DNA of 35,008 bases from Phycisphaerae bacterium (lineage in GTDB: Bacteria; Planctomycetota; Phycisphaerae; Phycisphaerales; SM1A02), in assembly GCA_030432455.1 (NCBI GenBank), contig JAUIHC010000001.1, forward strand, positions 1 to 35,008, given 5' to 3'. Shown here piece by piece: positions 9,233 through 17,406 of this stretch (the stretch's first letter is position 1; the number at the start of each line of letters is the position of its first letter). The position numbers were made by a program, and so were the translations under genes. The notes under the pieces are model-generated. The model saw nothing but the letters and a program-made list of their open reading frames with translations, had not been told where the DNA came from and ran no database searches.

Positions 9233-11592
9233 CCCACACCTCCCGTGATCGCCGCGGCCATGAGCACGGTCTGGCAGGCCGCCGATGACCCGGCTGCAGA
9301 TCCGACGACAACGGTGCTGGCGCTCGCCGCCGCGGACATCGCGAGCGTCATGTATGCCTCGTTTCCCGCACGGGCTGCGTGGAGGTTGTCGGCACGACGC
9401 AGGCGCCCGAGCTGCTCCATCCAGGTGCCCATGTCCTGGGTGATATTGACGGCGGCGGCGCCCGCGGCGGACGCGTTGTCCATGATCCAGTTGTTCCACG
9501 CATCGAACGTGGAGTTGCCGGCGGAGTCGAGGTCGGCCCCGCTCGAGGCGACACCGTGCGCCATGCCGGTGAGCCAGAGCGCCTCGAGGCTCGGCAGCGT
9601 CGTCTGCAACTCATCGAGGAATGAGCCGAACGAGTCGGGGTCGGAGGACTGGTACCCGTCGGTTTGGATCATGACGTCGAAGCCAACAGCCTGAGCAAGG
9701 GCCGCCAGGGCGCCGCTGAACTGCTCGGCGAGCTGCTCGTCGTACCCCTTGCCGGACTTGCCGAACTGCCCGATCCGGAAACCCGGCGTCGACGGTTGCA
9801 CAGCGCTCTTCGCAACCAGGATGCAGTCGTAGCCGCCGCCGGAGTCGCCCGTCAGTCGGATGCCGCGCCAGTTGCCCTCGGAGCCGCTGAACGCGTGGGA
9901 GATCTCGACGAAGGACCAGTCGCCAACGTAGACGGTGTCGGTTGCCGTCGGCGCCACGTCCCAGTCATGCGCGAAGGTAACGGTGGTCGTGCCCGTGCTG
10001 AAGCTCGAACCGGCGACAACGTTGACGCGGCCCTCGCCGGCCGTGCCGTCGTGCGTGACCGCCTTGCCCGCGGTGAACTGAGCAGTGACATCGCCCGAGA
10101 TCGTGATGGAGTCTGCCGTCGGTGCAGACGCCACTGTGTGCGACGTCGAGGACGTTGCCATCGTCTCGGTGGACTCGGTCTCGATGTCGGTACCAGCGCC
10201 GCCCTGTTGCGTGTTGTGGTTCGGCTGCCAGTCGAGATCAGCCGCGCCGGGGACCTTGAGCAGGTAGTACGCCGTCGTGATCGCTTCGGACGCATCCGCG
10301 ATCGCACCGAAACTTGGCTCACAACGCGCGGTGTATGTGCCACCGGCGGGGATCCGAATGACGCGGCCGGATCCGACCGTCGACCCGCTCTCCCCCCAGT
10401 AGTTGATCCCGAAGCGGTTGTAGTTGTCACCCTCATCCGCGAGGCCCGCGCCTCCGTCGGTGTACGGCCCGTTCGCACCGCAGTTGTAGCCGTATCGCTC
10501 GCCGTTGTTCGAGTTGATCAGTGGCGGCTGGCAGAGCACCCCGGTCAGTGACGAGGACCGGATGGTCTGAAGCCCGTCTGCGAAGTGCTCCGGTCTCCCG
10601 TCCGCGACGTTCTTGCCCGCGACGCGCGAGTTGCCGGCCACACCGACGTTGACGATCTCGCTTGGCGAATCGATAGCGAGTTGGCGGAGCATCGGCAACG
10701 ACGCGGACACTCGCGTGGCGGACGGCCCGCTCGAACGCTGCGGCCCTTGCTGTTCGTGGTACGGTCCGAACGCGGCGTCAAGCGGATCGACCCACGTGAT
10801 CGTACCCGCGACCGTCATCGTCTCCGTGTCCAGCAGGTCCCCGCCGGATGCGAAGTACTCCAATGCGTCAATGGCGCCGGTTGGGATCGAGTCGCCGAGC
10901 CCGACGTCCTCCGAGCCGCTCCTGGTCGCGGTGCCGTAGAACGCGGCGCGGTGGAGGTTGGCAACGCCGCCGAGGTTGGCGGTCGCGGTCTCGGAGTAGT
11001 CGCTGTCGCCGTCGCTGAGCGGGAAGTTGAGCGGGGCATCGATGCGCTTCGACGCCCATATGTCGTCGAGATCATCCCATCCGAGGACTTCGCCCGTACG
11101 CAGCGACCAGGACATGAGCACACCCGGTTGCGTGTCACCCTCGTAGGGGTCACCGAAACCCCAGTCGCCCGAGTAGCTGTCGATGCCTCCGTTGACGAAC
11201 GAGTCGACGTCCTGGACTCGCGACGGGTTGAGACTCTCGGAACGTGCGTACACCGCGAGGGTGCTCGAGCTGACGTCGAAGCTGACGATTCCGACGATCC
11301 ACTCGCCGTCGGCGAGGTCACCGCCGAAGTCGCAGTTGACGTTGACGTTGTTGCTGTCGAGCCCGCGATGGAGTCGGCACCTGAGCGTGTTCGCCTCGGA
11401 GATGTGGCGCACGCTGATCTCGAAGTTGCCGGCGGATCCGCACCGCATGATGTGCGAGCTGGTGTTGGCGTCGGCCTCGTGCCAGAACCAGAACACGATC
11501 GAGAAGTCCGCGGACCCATCGAAGATCACCGCTGGCAACGTGCCTGCGGCGAGCGTGATGTTGGCCGAGTTGTCGGACAGATGGACCGCCAT
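9229..11592 (-). CDS. large LamG/ConA-like lectin-domain protein with a possible SGNH-type esterase region (virion-associated?)
   Basis: I chose the start at 11592 (MAVHLSDNSANITL...), just after the stop of the 102-aa gene at 11600. The N-terminus, FSIVFWFWHEAD...ADGEWIVGIVSFDVSSSTLAVYARSE, fits the Laminin_G_3 pattern. The candidate esterase blocks are VGVAGNS (block I-like) and RRADNLH (DxxH block V-like). Confidence 0.5.
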   Translation of the reverse strand: MAVHLSDNSANITLAAGTLPAVIFDGSADFSIVFWFWHEADANTSSHIMRCGSAGNFEISVRHISEANTLRCRLHRGLDSNNVNVNCDFGGDLADGEWIVGIVSFDVSSSTLAVYARSESLNPSRVQDVDSFVNGGIDSYSGDWGFGDPYEGDTQPGVLMSWSLRTGEVLGWDDLDDIWASKRIDAPLNFPLSDGDSDYSETATANLGGVANLHRAAFYGTATRSGSEDVGLGDSIPTGAIDALEYFASGGDLLDTETMTVAGTITWVDPLDAAFGPYHEQQGPQRSSGPSATRVSASLPMLRQLAIDSPSEIVNVGVAGNSRVAGKNVADGRPEHFADGLQTIRSSSLTGVLCQPPLINSNNGERYGYNCGANGPYTDGGAGLADEGDNYNRFGINYWGESGSTVGSGRVIRIPAGGTYTARCEPSFGAIADASEAITTAYYLLKVPGAADLDWQPNHNTQQGGAGTDIETESTETMATSSTSHTVASAPTADSITISGDVTAQFTAGKAVTHDGTAGEGRVNVVAGSSFSTGTTTVTFAHDWDVAPTATDTVYVGDWSFVEISHAFSGSEGNWRGIRLTGDSGGGYDCILVAKSAVQPSTPGFRIGQFGKSGKGYDEQLAEQFSGALAALAQAVGFDVMIQTDGYQSSDPDSFGSFLDELQTTLPSLEALWLTGMAHGVASSGADLDSAGNSTFDAWNNWIMDNASAAGAAAVNITQDMGTWMEQLGRLRRADNLHAARAGNEAYMTLAMSAAASASTVVVGSAAGSSAACQTVLMAAAITGGVG

Positions 11593-11599
11593 CGTTTTC

Positions 11600-11908
11600 C
11601 TACTGAATGAGGACCGTATGAGTGAGCGTGGCACCGGACGAACGCGCCCAGACTTCATCGATCGCGCCATCGACTCCCAAGCCGGCCGCGATCGGTAGCT
11701 CGGCGCCCGGCTCAAGCGTGTAGGCGTCCTGCGAGCCCGTGGGTGTGCCCGGGTCCTCGGTGGTGTTGGGGCTGGACAACACCTCGATGTTGTTCGCCGA
11801 TGTTGAGAGGCTTCGGAGCAGCAATGCGCGGGCGGCCCCGTCGCTTTCCCGGTCGAAGATCTTCGTCCACGTATCGCCGCTCAGCGCGGTTGATCCTGCG
11901 GTTGCCAT
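11600..11908 (-). CDS. hypothetical small protein in the head module
   Basis: 102 aa with a GAAGGAGA SD 5 nt upstream of the ATG. I recognised no motifs. Confidence 0.55.
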   Translation of the reverse strand: MATAGSTALSGDTWTKIFDRESDGAARALLLRSLSTSANNIEVLSSPNTTEDPGTPTGSQDAYTLEPGAELPIAAGLGVDGAIDEVWARSSGATLTHTVLIQ

Positions 11909-12006
11909 CAGGGTCTCCTTCGGGGGGGTGTAACGGGATCCACCTGGCGGCCGGCGCTCCTCACCAAACCGCCCACCAGGTGGGCTCCCTGACCTCGAAC
12001 CTCTCT

Positions 12007-12507
12007 CTACTTCTTCTTCGCGGCCGGCTTCTTCGCAGCCTTCTTCTTGGTCTTCGACGCAGCCGACTCGGCCTCGGATGCCTCGGGCTCCTTGGGTGCC
12101 TCGGGCTCCTTGGATGCCTCGGGCTCTGCGTCATCTTCGGCGTCACCGGTTTCGGCATCCCCGTTCCCGCCGCCGTTGTCGGCATCGTCATCCTTCGCGC
12201 CGCCGGCCGCCGCTTCGGCTTCCAGCGGGCTCGGCAGTTGTGCGGCCGCCGGCGGCTCCGCGGCCAACGACTCTTCCGCGGCGCTGGCCGCGGGGCCGCG
12301 CCACGCACCGCCCTCGTGCTCGACCCAGAAGTCGAGGCCCGGCCCGATCGCCTTGCGCTTGCCGGCGGCTTCGATCAGACGGTCGGCCTCGCCGCGCGGA
12401 AGTGTGAGGGTGAATTCCTCGAACTCGTAGGTGCCGAATCGGAAGCGCTTGTAGCGGCTCCGGAAGCGGACGGTGTCGGTCGCGGTGTTCGTGGTCTCTG
12501 TCGTCAT
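12007..12507 (-). CDS. capsid-adjacent protein with an acidic repeat region and a Lys-rich C-terminal tail
   Basis: The internal ATG at 12507 (MTTETTNTATDTVRF...) has GGAGAAACGACCG upstream. The protein is 166 aa and ends ...EPEASKEPEAPKEPEASEAESAASKTKKKAAKKPAAKKK. Confidence 0.6.
   Translation of the reverse strand: MTTETTNTATDTVRFRSRYKRFRFGTYEFEEFTLTLPRGEADRLIEAAGKRKAIGPGLDFWVEHEGGAWRGPAASAAEESLAAEPPAAAQLPSPLEAEAAAGGAKDDDADNGGGNGDAETGDAEDDAEPEASKEPEAPKEPEASEAESAASKTKKKAAKKPAAKKK
12080..12126. repeat. 18-bp tandem repeat, about 2.6 copies (coding)
   Basis: gcctcgggctccttggGt / gcctcgggctccttggAt / gcctcgggctc. It encodes the EPEA(S/P)K repeats of the 12007..12507 protein. Confidence 0.85.
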
Positions 12508-12559
12508 CGGTCGTTTCTCCGAACGTGGGGGTTTGAAGCGGGTCGTTCTCTTCAGAAGA

Positions 12560-12588
12560 CCGCGGGGCCGCCATCGCGAGCCCGCGGG
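12560..12588 (-). terminator. GC-rich stem-loop just downstream of the major capsid gene (possible attenuator or RNA-stability element)
   Basis: CCGCGGG (12560-12566) pairs with CCCGCGG (12581-12587). On the minus strand the stem is followed by TCTTCTG. It lies in the 98-nt gap between the capsid stop and the next start. Confidence 0.35.
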
Positions 12589-12605
12589 TGAATGGGTCAT
12601 TTGGA

Positions 12606-13754
12606 TCAGGTGGCGCCGGTCACGCCCTTGATCACGGCATGGGCCTGTTCCATGCCCCAGGTGAGGCACAGTTCGGACCTCCACTCGTCCTCGACCGCAT
12701 CGGTACCCGGCGTCTGGATGTCCGCCTTGAGGTGAGGCAGCCACCCCTCGGAGTAGCGGATCTCCGCCTGGGCGGGATCAACTACGAGGCCATAGCCCGC
12801 GTGGGGGCCGACCAGGGCGCGATGTGGGATGAGGTTCACAGTGCCGTGGCTGGTGAAGATCTTCCGGATCGTGAGACCAGCGGCCACGCTTCCGGACATC
12901 ACCTGCATCGCACCGTGGTACAGCTGGTTGCACGTCTCCAACATCAGCGTGCCGCAGAACATGAACTTCTCCGGCGAGCCGTACGCGAACGGGTTGCGAA
13001 GTGCCAGGTCGAGCCGCGCCTTCGACATGGTGCCGGCCACGTCGTCGACGTTGGTAGTCACGTGCTGGAGGATGCCGCCCATTGTCGTGACCCGGTTGCC
13101 GCTTCCATCGGTGACGCCGGAACTGCGCGCACCGAAGACAATCGACCGCTCGATCGAGCGGATGTGGTCTTCGAACTTCGTGCGGCGCAGTCGGGCTCGT
13201 TCGTCCTCAGTCAGCGTGCCGTGACGCTGCATGCGCCCGGTGAGGCCCACGGTGTCACGGAACGTCTGGAGGTAGTTGTGATCGAGCGTCGGGTCGTAGT
13301 TCCGGGCGGACGCCTTGGGGGCACCCTCGCCGGCGGCGGCACCGACACACTGAACGTTTGCGTTGTCGGCAACCGATCCCGCGGCAGCAGCGACGACGCT
13401 GCCGACGCCGCGTACAACCGTGAGAGTATTGGTAGCGACGGCGGTCACGAGACCGACCTCACCCGTCGCCTCGAAGAGGATCAGGCTGTTCGCGTAGAAG
13501 ACGGTTCCGTCGTCGACGACGATCGACGTGGTGTTCTCGTCATAGTTGTCCGGGGCGTTGTTGATTGCCGTCCGACGGCCGTCGAGGCTCTGCGTGCTCC
13601 ACTCGACCTTCTCGGCCATCGTCGGCCTCGCCTGGCCGCGAGCGATCAGTGACGAGTAAATGGGCATTTCATCCGCGCCCTGAACGAGGATGATCTCCTG
13701 CGTGACGTCACGATCCAACGGACCCGTGAAGTCAGTCACCTTCAGATTCGCCAT
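12606..13754 (-). CDS. major capsid protein (HK97 fold; resembles the SU10 / N4-gp56 family)
   Basis: 382 aa with a strong AAGGAGA SD, located after the scaffold gene. The N-terminal pattern ...MPIYSSLIARGQARPTMAEKVEWSTQSL... resembles the TPF..l.....a.n...eW.ed.L signature as I recall it. Confidence 0.8.
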   Translation of the reverse strand: MANLKVTDFTGPLDRDVTQEIILVQGADEMPIYSSLIARGQARPTMAEKVEWSTQSLDGRRTAINNAPDNYDENTTSIVVDDGTVFYANSLILFEATGEVGLVTAVATNTLTVVRGVGSVVAAAAGSVADNANVQCVGAAAGEGAPKASARNYDPTLDHNYLQTFRDTVGLTGRMQRHGTLTEDERARLRRTKFEDHIRSIERSIVFGARSSGVTDGSGNRVTTMGGILQHVTTNVDDVAGTMSKARLDLALRNPFAYGSPEKFMFCGTLMLETCNQLYHGAMQVMSGSVAAGLTIRKIFTSHGTVNLIPHRALVGPHAGYGLVVDPAQAEIRYSEGWLPHLKADIQTPGTDAVEDEWRSELCLTWGMEQAHAVIKGVTGAT

Positions 13755-13855
13755 AGCTGAGTCTCCTTACTCTGGCGGTTCCACCGGGTCGTGGTCCGTG
13801 ACCCGTGTCTAGCGGTGCGCCAACGGCGGCGCCCGCGGGTAGCGTGTCCCCGTAC

Positions 13856-14473
13856 TCAGACCGGCGCCCCGGGTCCCTCCTCCCGGATGCGCCTGCACTT
13901 CTCCTCGCTCTCCTCCTTCGCGTCGTCGCGCGGCTTCTTCCCTTCCTTCTCCGCGTCCGCGCTGAACGGCTTGACATCCGCACCCCACGCCTTCGCCTCC
14001 TCGACGACGCTCTCGAATGCCGCGTTGATCGCCGCGTCATCCTTCGGGGGCTCATCCTTGAATCGCGCGATCAGCCGGCCGGACATCGCGGTCTTCCGCT
14101 CCTCGCTGAGGTTCGGGCGGTTCGCCTTCAGCCAGCTCTCGACCTTGGACTCGGTCTCGGCGCTGCGCTGGCGGCCCTCTGATTCGGCCGTCATTTCGTC
14201 CTGCCGCTTCTTGATGTCAGCGAGGGTCTCAATGAAGCCCTTGGCCCACACCGGGGGCTTGTCGTCCGCAGAGGAATCATCCCCGGGGTCCTTCGCCGGC
14301 GGCTTCAGGTCCTTGACCTTGTCGTCGATCATGCCCGGGACCTTCTCCTCGATCGCGGCTGTGACCGCCGTCGTGATCGCCTCAGTTGTGGGGACGGACT
14401 TGTTCGCCTCCGCAATCGCGTCGGTAATGGTCTTGTTGATCTCGTTCCGGTCGTTGTCGTCGAGTGGTGACAT
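13856..14473 (-). CDS. scaffolding protein candidate
   Basis: The internal ATG at 14473 (MSPLDDNDRNEINK...) has CAGGAGA 5 nt upstream. The protein is 205 aa, highly charged (Lys/Glu/Asp/Ala) and helical, and lies immediately upstream of the capsid gene. Confidence 0.6.
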   Translation of the reverse strand: MSPLDDNDRNEINKTITDAIAEANKSVPTTEAITTAVTAAIEEKVPGMIDDKVKDLKPPAKDPGDDSSADDKPPVWAKGFIETLADIKKRQDEMTAESEGRQRSAETESKVESWLKANRPNLSEERKTAMSGRLIARFKDEPPKDDAAINAAFESVVEEAKAWGADVKPFSADAEKEGKKPRDDAKEESEEKCRRIREEGPGAPV

Positions 14474-14519
14474 GGGGGTCTCCTGGTAGCGGCCCGCTCC
14501 CGGGCCGACGGGTTTGAGG

Positions 14520-14804
14520 TCAGCGCCCCACCGTGAAGGGCGGGGGAATGTCATCTACGCTCGGGGCGTTCCACCCCGGGTTGTCTCTCTCCGCTCGCTC
14601 CGTCCAGAGTCGCATCTGGGACTTCGACCAACGGTCGATCGAGTTCGTCTTCAGCTCGACGATGTCACGCTGGATGTGAGTCTTGAGCGTCGCGTCGTGC
14701 ACGCCCCAGATGAGCACCATCACAAAGATCCCGATCGAGATGCCGGTTTCCTTCGTGATCATCATTCTGCCGTTGCCATTGCCGTTTCCGCTGCCGTTGC
14801 TCAT
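14520..14804 (-). CDS. small single-pass membrane protein with an N-terminal (Asn-Gly)n run
   Basis: 94 aa: MSNGSGNGNGNGRMMITKETGISIGIFVMVLIWGV... It has an ATGA overlap with the stop of the Mu-F-like gene. Confidence 0.55.
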   Translation of the reverse strand: MSNGSGNGNGNGRMMITKETGISIGIFVMVLIWGVHDATLKTHIQRDIVELKTNSIDRWSKSQMRLWTERAERDNPGWNAPSVDDIPPPFTVGR

Positions 14805-15898
14805 GCCGCGAGGCTCCTCGTCAGGTCACCAGTTGCCAGCGCGTGCCGATATGCCGCCAGCGCCTTCCGGTGCATGGACTCAAGGTGAGGGGATGACACG
14901 CCCGGCACGAACGCGACGGTGCCCTTGCTGCAGTTGGGGTGGAAAGGCGGCCCGCCCTGGGGGAGCGATGCGATCGCCGGGTACTCGTCAGACCCGCCTC
15001 GAATGCTCACGACCAGGCCGATGAACCGCGTGCAGAAATTCCGACTCACGCGACCGGTGATCTGGACGGTGTGGATGCCGTTCCGGTCAAGGCGCTGATG
15101 CCGGCCCGCGACCGTTGCCTCACGCGTCCTGGTGCGCACGACCATCTGCGTGTACTGGGCGACACTCATCTCGGCTCGCCCGACCTGGATGCGCTTCCGC
15201 CCGAGTTTGCGGTACGACTCCAACTCCGGCGCGTTCGGGTCGCGGAACTGCTCGCGGAGCAACGCCTCGGCCTCGCGAGGATCACCCGTGATGAGCCCGC
15301 GTGCGATCGCACGGTTGACCGTCGGCTCCAGACGCGAGAGGCGCCCCGATGAGAGGCTCCGGAACACGGCCTGAGCCTGGTCGACATAGATCCGCATCGA
15401 GTCACTCAGGCGGGCGGTGGTGTCCGTTGCGATCGCGTTGATGGCGTCCTGGTCGATCCCCTCGAATCCGACAGTGACGGAGCCGGCTGGCAACACCTCG
15501 GCCGCCTGCCGGACACCCTGGCCGTCTCCGAGCTTGTACGCGTCGTCGGCCATGCCGCGGATCCGCTCGAACGACCCGGATCGGGTGACCGTCGCGACCT
15601 CAGAGATTCGGCGCAGCAGCTCCGCGGAGCGAGCGACCCGGTAATCGACTGACTCGGAGGTGAGGCGCTCGTTAGCGATTGTCTCACCGATCATGGCATT
15701 GATGCGCGCGGCGGCATCGTCGTACAGCGAGACGACGACGGCCTCGCGCTCCCGGGTGGATCCCTGGCGTGGGTTCCCCGGGACGTCGTCGCCGGAGACT
15801 CCGGAGGGGTTATCGACGTTGGGGTCGTCCGGCATGGTCGGGATCTCCGCGATCGCCAGGATGAGCGTGATGATGAGGTGGAGTGCCAGGCGGATCAT
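14801..15898 (-). CDS. head morphogenesis protein, Mu gpF / SPP1 gp7 family
   Basis: The C-terminal ...LPQGGPPFHPNCSKGT... matches the family PP.HpnCrC signature. It lies directly after the portal. The start at 15898 (ATGA overlap) adds a hydrophobic N-terminus (LALHLIITLILAIA). An alternative ATG at 15835 would remove it. Confidence 0.8.
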   Translation of the reverse strand: MIRLALHLIITLILAIAEIPTMPDDPNVDNPSGVSGDDVPGNPRQGSTREREAVVVSLYDDAAARINAMIGETIANERLTSESVDYRVARSAELLRRISEVATVTRSGSFERIRGMADDAYKLGDGQGVRQAAEVLPAGSVTVGFEGIDQDAINAIATDTTARLSDSMRIYVDQAQAVFRSLSSGRLSRLEPTVNRAIARGLITGDPREAEALLREQFRDPNAPELESYRKLGRKRIQVGRAEMSVAQYTQMVVRTRTREATVAGRHQRLDRNGIHTVQITGRVSRNFCTRFIGLVVSIRGGSDEYPAIASLPQGGPPFHPNCSKGTVAFVPGVSSPHLESMHRKALAAYRHALATGDLTRSLAA

Positions 15899-17406
15899 GT
15901 GTCTCCCCCACTTCCGCTCGGCAGCGCGGCGCCGAAGATTGCCGCCGACTGATACTCGGCCGAGTTCTTACGGTCCTCGGCGATCTCGGCGAGGACGGCG
16001 TCGACCTGGTCGTCACCGTGGATACGTGCGATCGCGCGTCGGCTGGACGTCAAGCCGGCCGTGACCAGGTCGCGTTGCTCTCGGCCGACCTCGGTCTCAT
16101 CCTTCGGAATCTCTGGCCGGAGCGCGGCGCCGACCGGCGAGATTGCGTACCCGGTTCCCCGGCGGCTATCGAACTCACTCGCGACCGTCGCGACGCGCTC
16201 AACTGCGGTCGTCATGTATGGCTCCGAGCCGCGGGCCGCCGCCAGCGTGTTGGTGCTCTCGAGGCGCAGCTTGTCGTAGCTGTCAGGAGTGGCGCCACCA
16301 CTGAGCTTGATACCGAGGAGTGACGGTGCGATACGCAAGGTGACCAGGAGCCACTCCAGTGTGCGGTCGAGGATGTCGAGCTGTGCCGTGAACTGTGCGG
16401 CGGTTGTGATGTAGCCCACCTCACCATCCGGGTCGACAACGGCCTCGAACGGGGGCACCCGGCCAGTCTCGGGATCCAGCATGGACTCGGAGACCCGCAT
16501 CTTCGGGTGCGCGTGCATCTCATGGCTGCGGTCGAGTCGGCTGAAGGCCGCCGTCGATGCGTCGACCAGGTCGAGGTCATCGTCGTTCAGTCGCGGCACG
16601 GGCTCGCCCCGATCGAGGCCGAGGACAAGGCGGACGATGAGCGGTTGGGATGCGCCGGTCAGTCTTACGGGGTCGGGCCGCGACTCCGGTGCGATATCGC
16701 TCAGCGCCTCGTCGAGTGTGGCCTCCTCGAGTTTGGCGGTGTCGTGGTAGATGCTCGACCAGGGGAGCTTGTAGGCAAGCTGCTCGACGATCCCGACCGA
16801 GCGGCCGTCGGCCATAACCGTGCGGTGTCGCTCGATGCGCAGATAACGCTTCGGCTTGTCCGACCGGACCTTCGATGCGACCTCACGCACCCATCGGCGT
16901 TCCCAGACAGAGGGCTGGCCGTCGGGGCCGATCGTGCCAACCGGGAGCCACTCCTCGGGGCAACCGACCCGGATCAGCGTGTCGCCATTCGCATCGACGT
17001 CGATGATCAGCGGTGCCTCGCTCTCGATGTTGGCCGTACGCACTGCCTGGTGGAACATCGCGTCGAACAGTGACCGGCGCCGGATCTCGTCGAGGGCGAT
17101 GCGCTGGGTCTCGAATCCGTCGGGAACTGAGAGTTGCACCGGGTTCGCCGCCATCACGCTGGCGTGCATGTCCATCGCAAGGGCGACAAGGTTGATCTTC
17201 TGGATGAGCTGTGTGATGCGACCGTTGTGCGCCACGACGTCCCCGAACTTGTGGCGGGTCTTCTCCAGGCCGATGAGCACCTGCTGCCACTTCCCCTCGA
17301 ACAGTTGGCGTGTCATGCGAGCCCGCTTGTGGCGGGCCTTGATCTCGGCAAGCCGAGCCGCGGACGCGTGGAAGGGTGGGATGATCAGGTTTGCAAACTG
17401 GCTCAT
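15895..17406 (-). CDS. portal protein
   Basis: The internal ATG at 17406 (MSQFANLIIPPFH...) shares one nucleotide with the terminase stop (TGATG). The protein is 503 aa and lies between the large terminase and the Mu-F-like gene. Confidence 0.8.
   Translation of the reverse strand: MSQFANLIIPPFHASAARLAEIKARHKRARMTRQLFEGKWQQVLIGLEKTRHKFGDVVAHNGRITQLIQKINLVALAMDMHASVMAANPVQLSVPDGFETQRIALDEIRRRSLFDAMFHQAVRTANIESEAPLIIDVDANGDTLIRVGCPEEWLPVGTIGPDGQPSVWERRWVREVASKVRSDKPKRYLRIERHRTVMADGRSVGIVEQLAYKLPWSSIYHDTAKLEEATLDEALSDIAPESRPDPVRLTGASQPLIVRLVLGLDRGEPVPRLNDDDLDLVDASTAAFSRLDRSHEMHAHPKMRVSESMLDPETGRVPPFEAVVDPDGEVGYITTAAQFTAQLDILDRTLEWLLVTLRIAPSLLGIKLSGGATPDSYDKLRLESTNTLAAARGSEPYMTTAVERVATVASEFDSRRGTGYAISPVGAALRPEIPKDETEVGREQRDLVTAGLTSSRRAIARIHGDDQVDAVLAEIAEDRKNSAEYQSAAIFGAALPSGSGGDT

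Noticed and set aside
12080-12126. Tandem repeat considered as a possible CRISPR or other array.
   Set aside because: It has only about 2.6 contiguous 18-bp units with no spacers, and it lies in-frame inside a CDS, encoding a peptide repeat. I saw no CRISPR-like repeat-spacer structure anywhere in the window.
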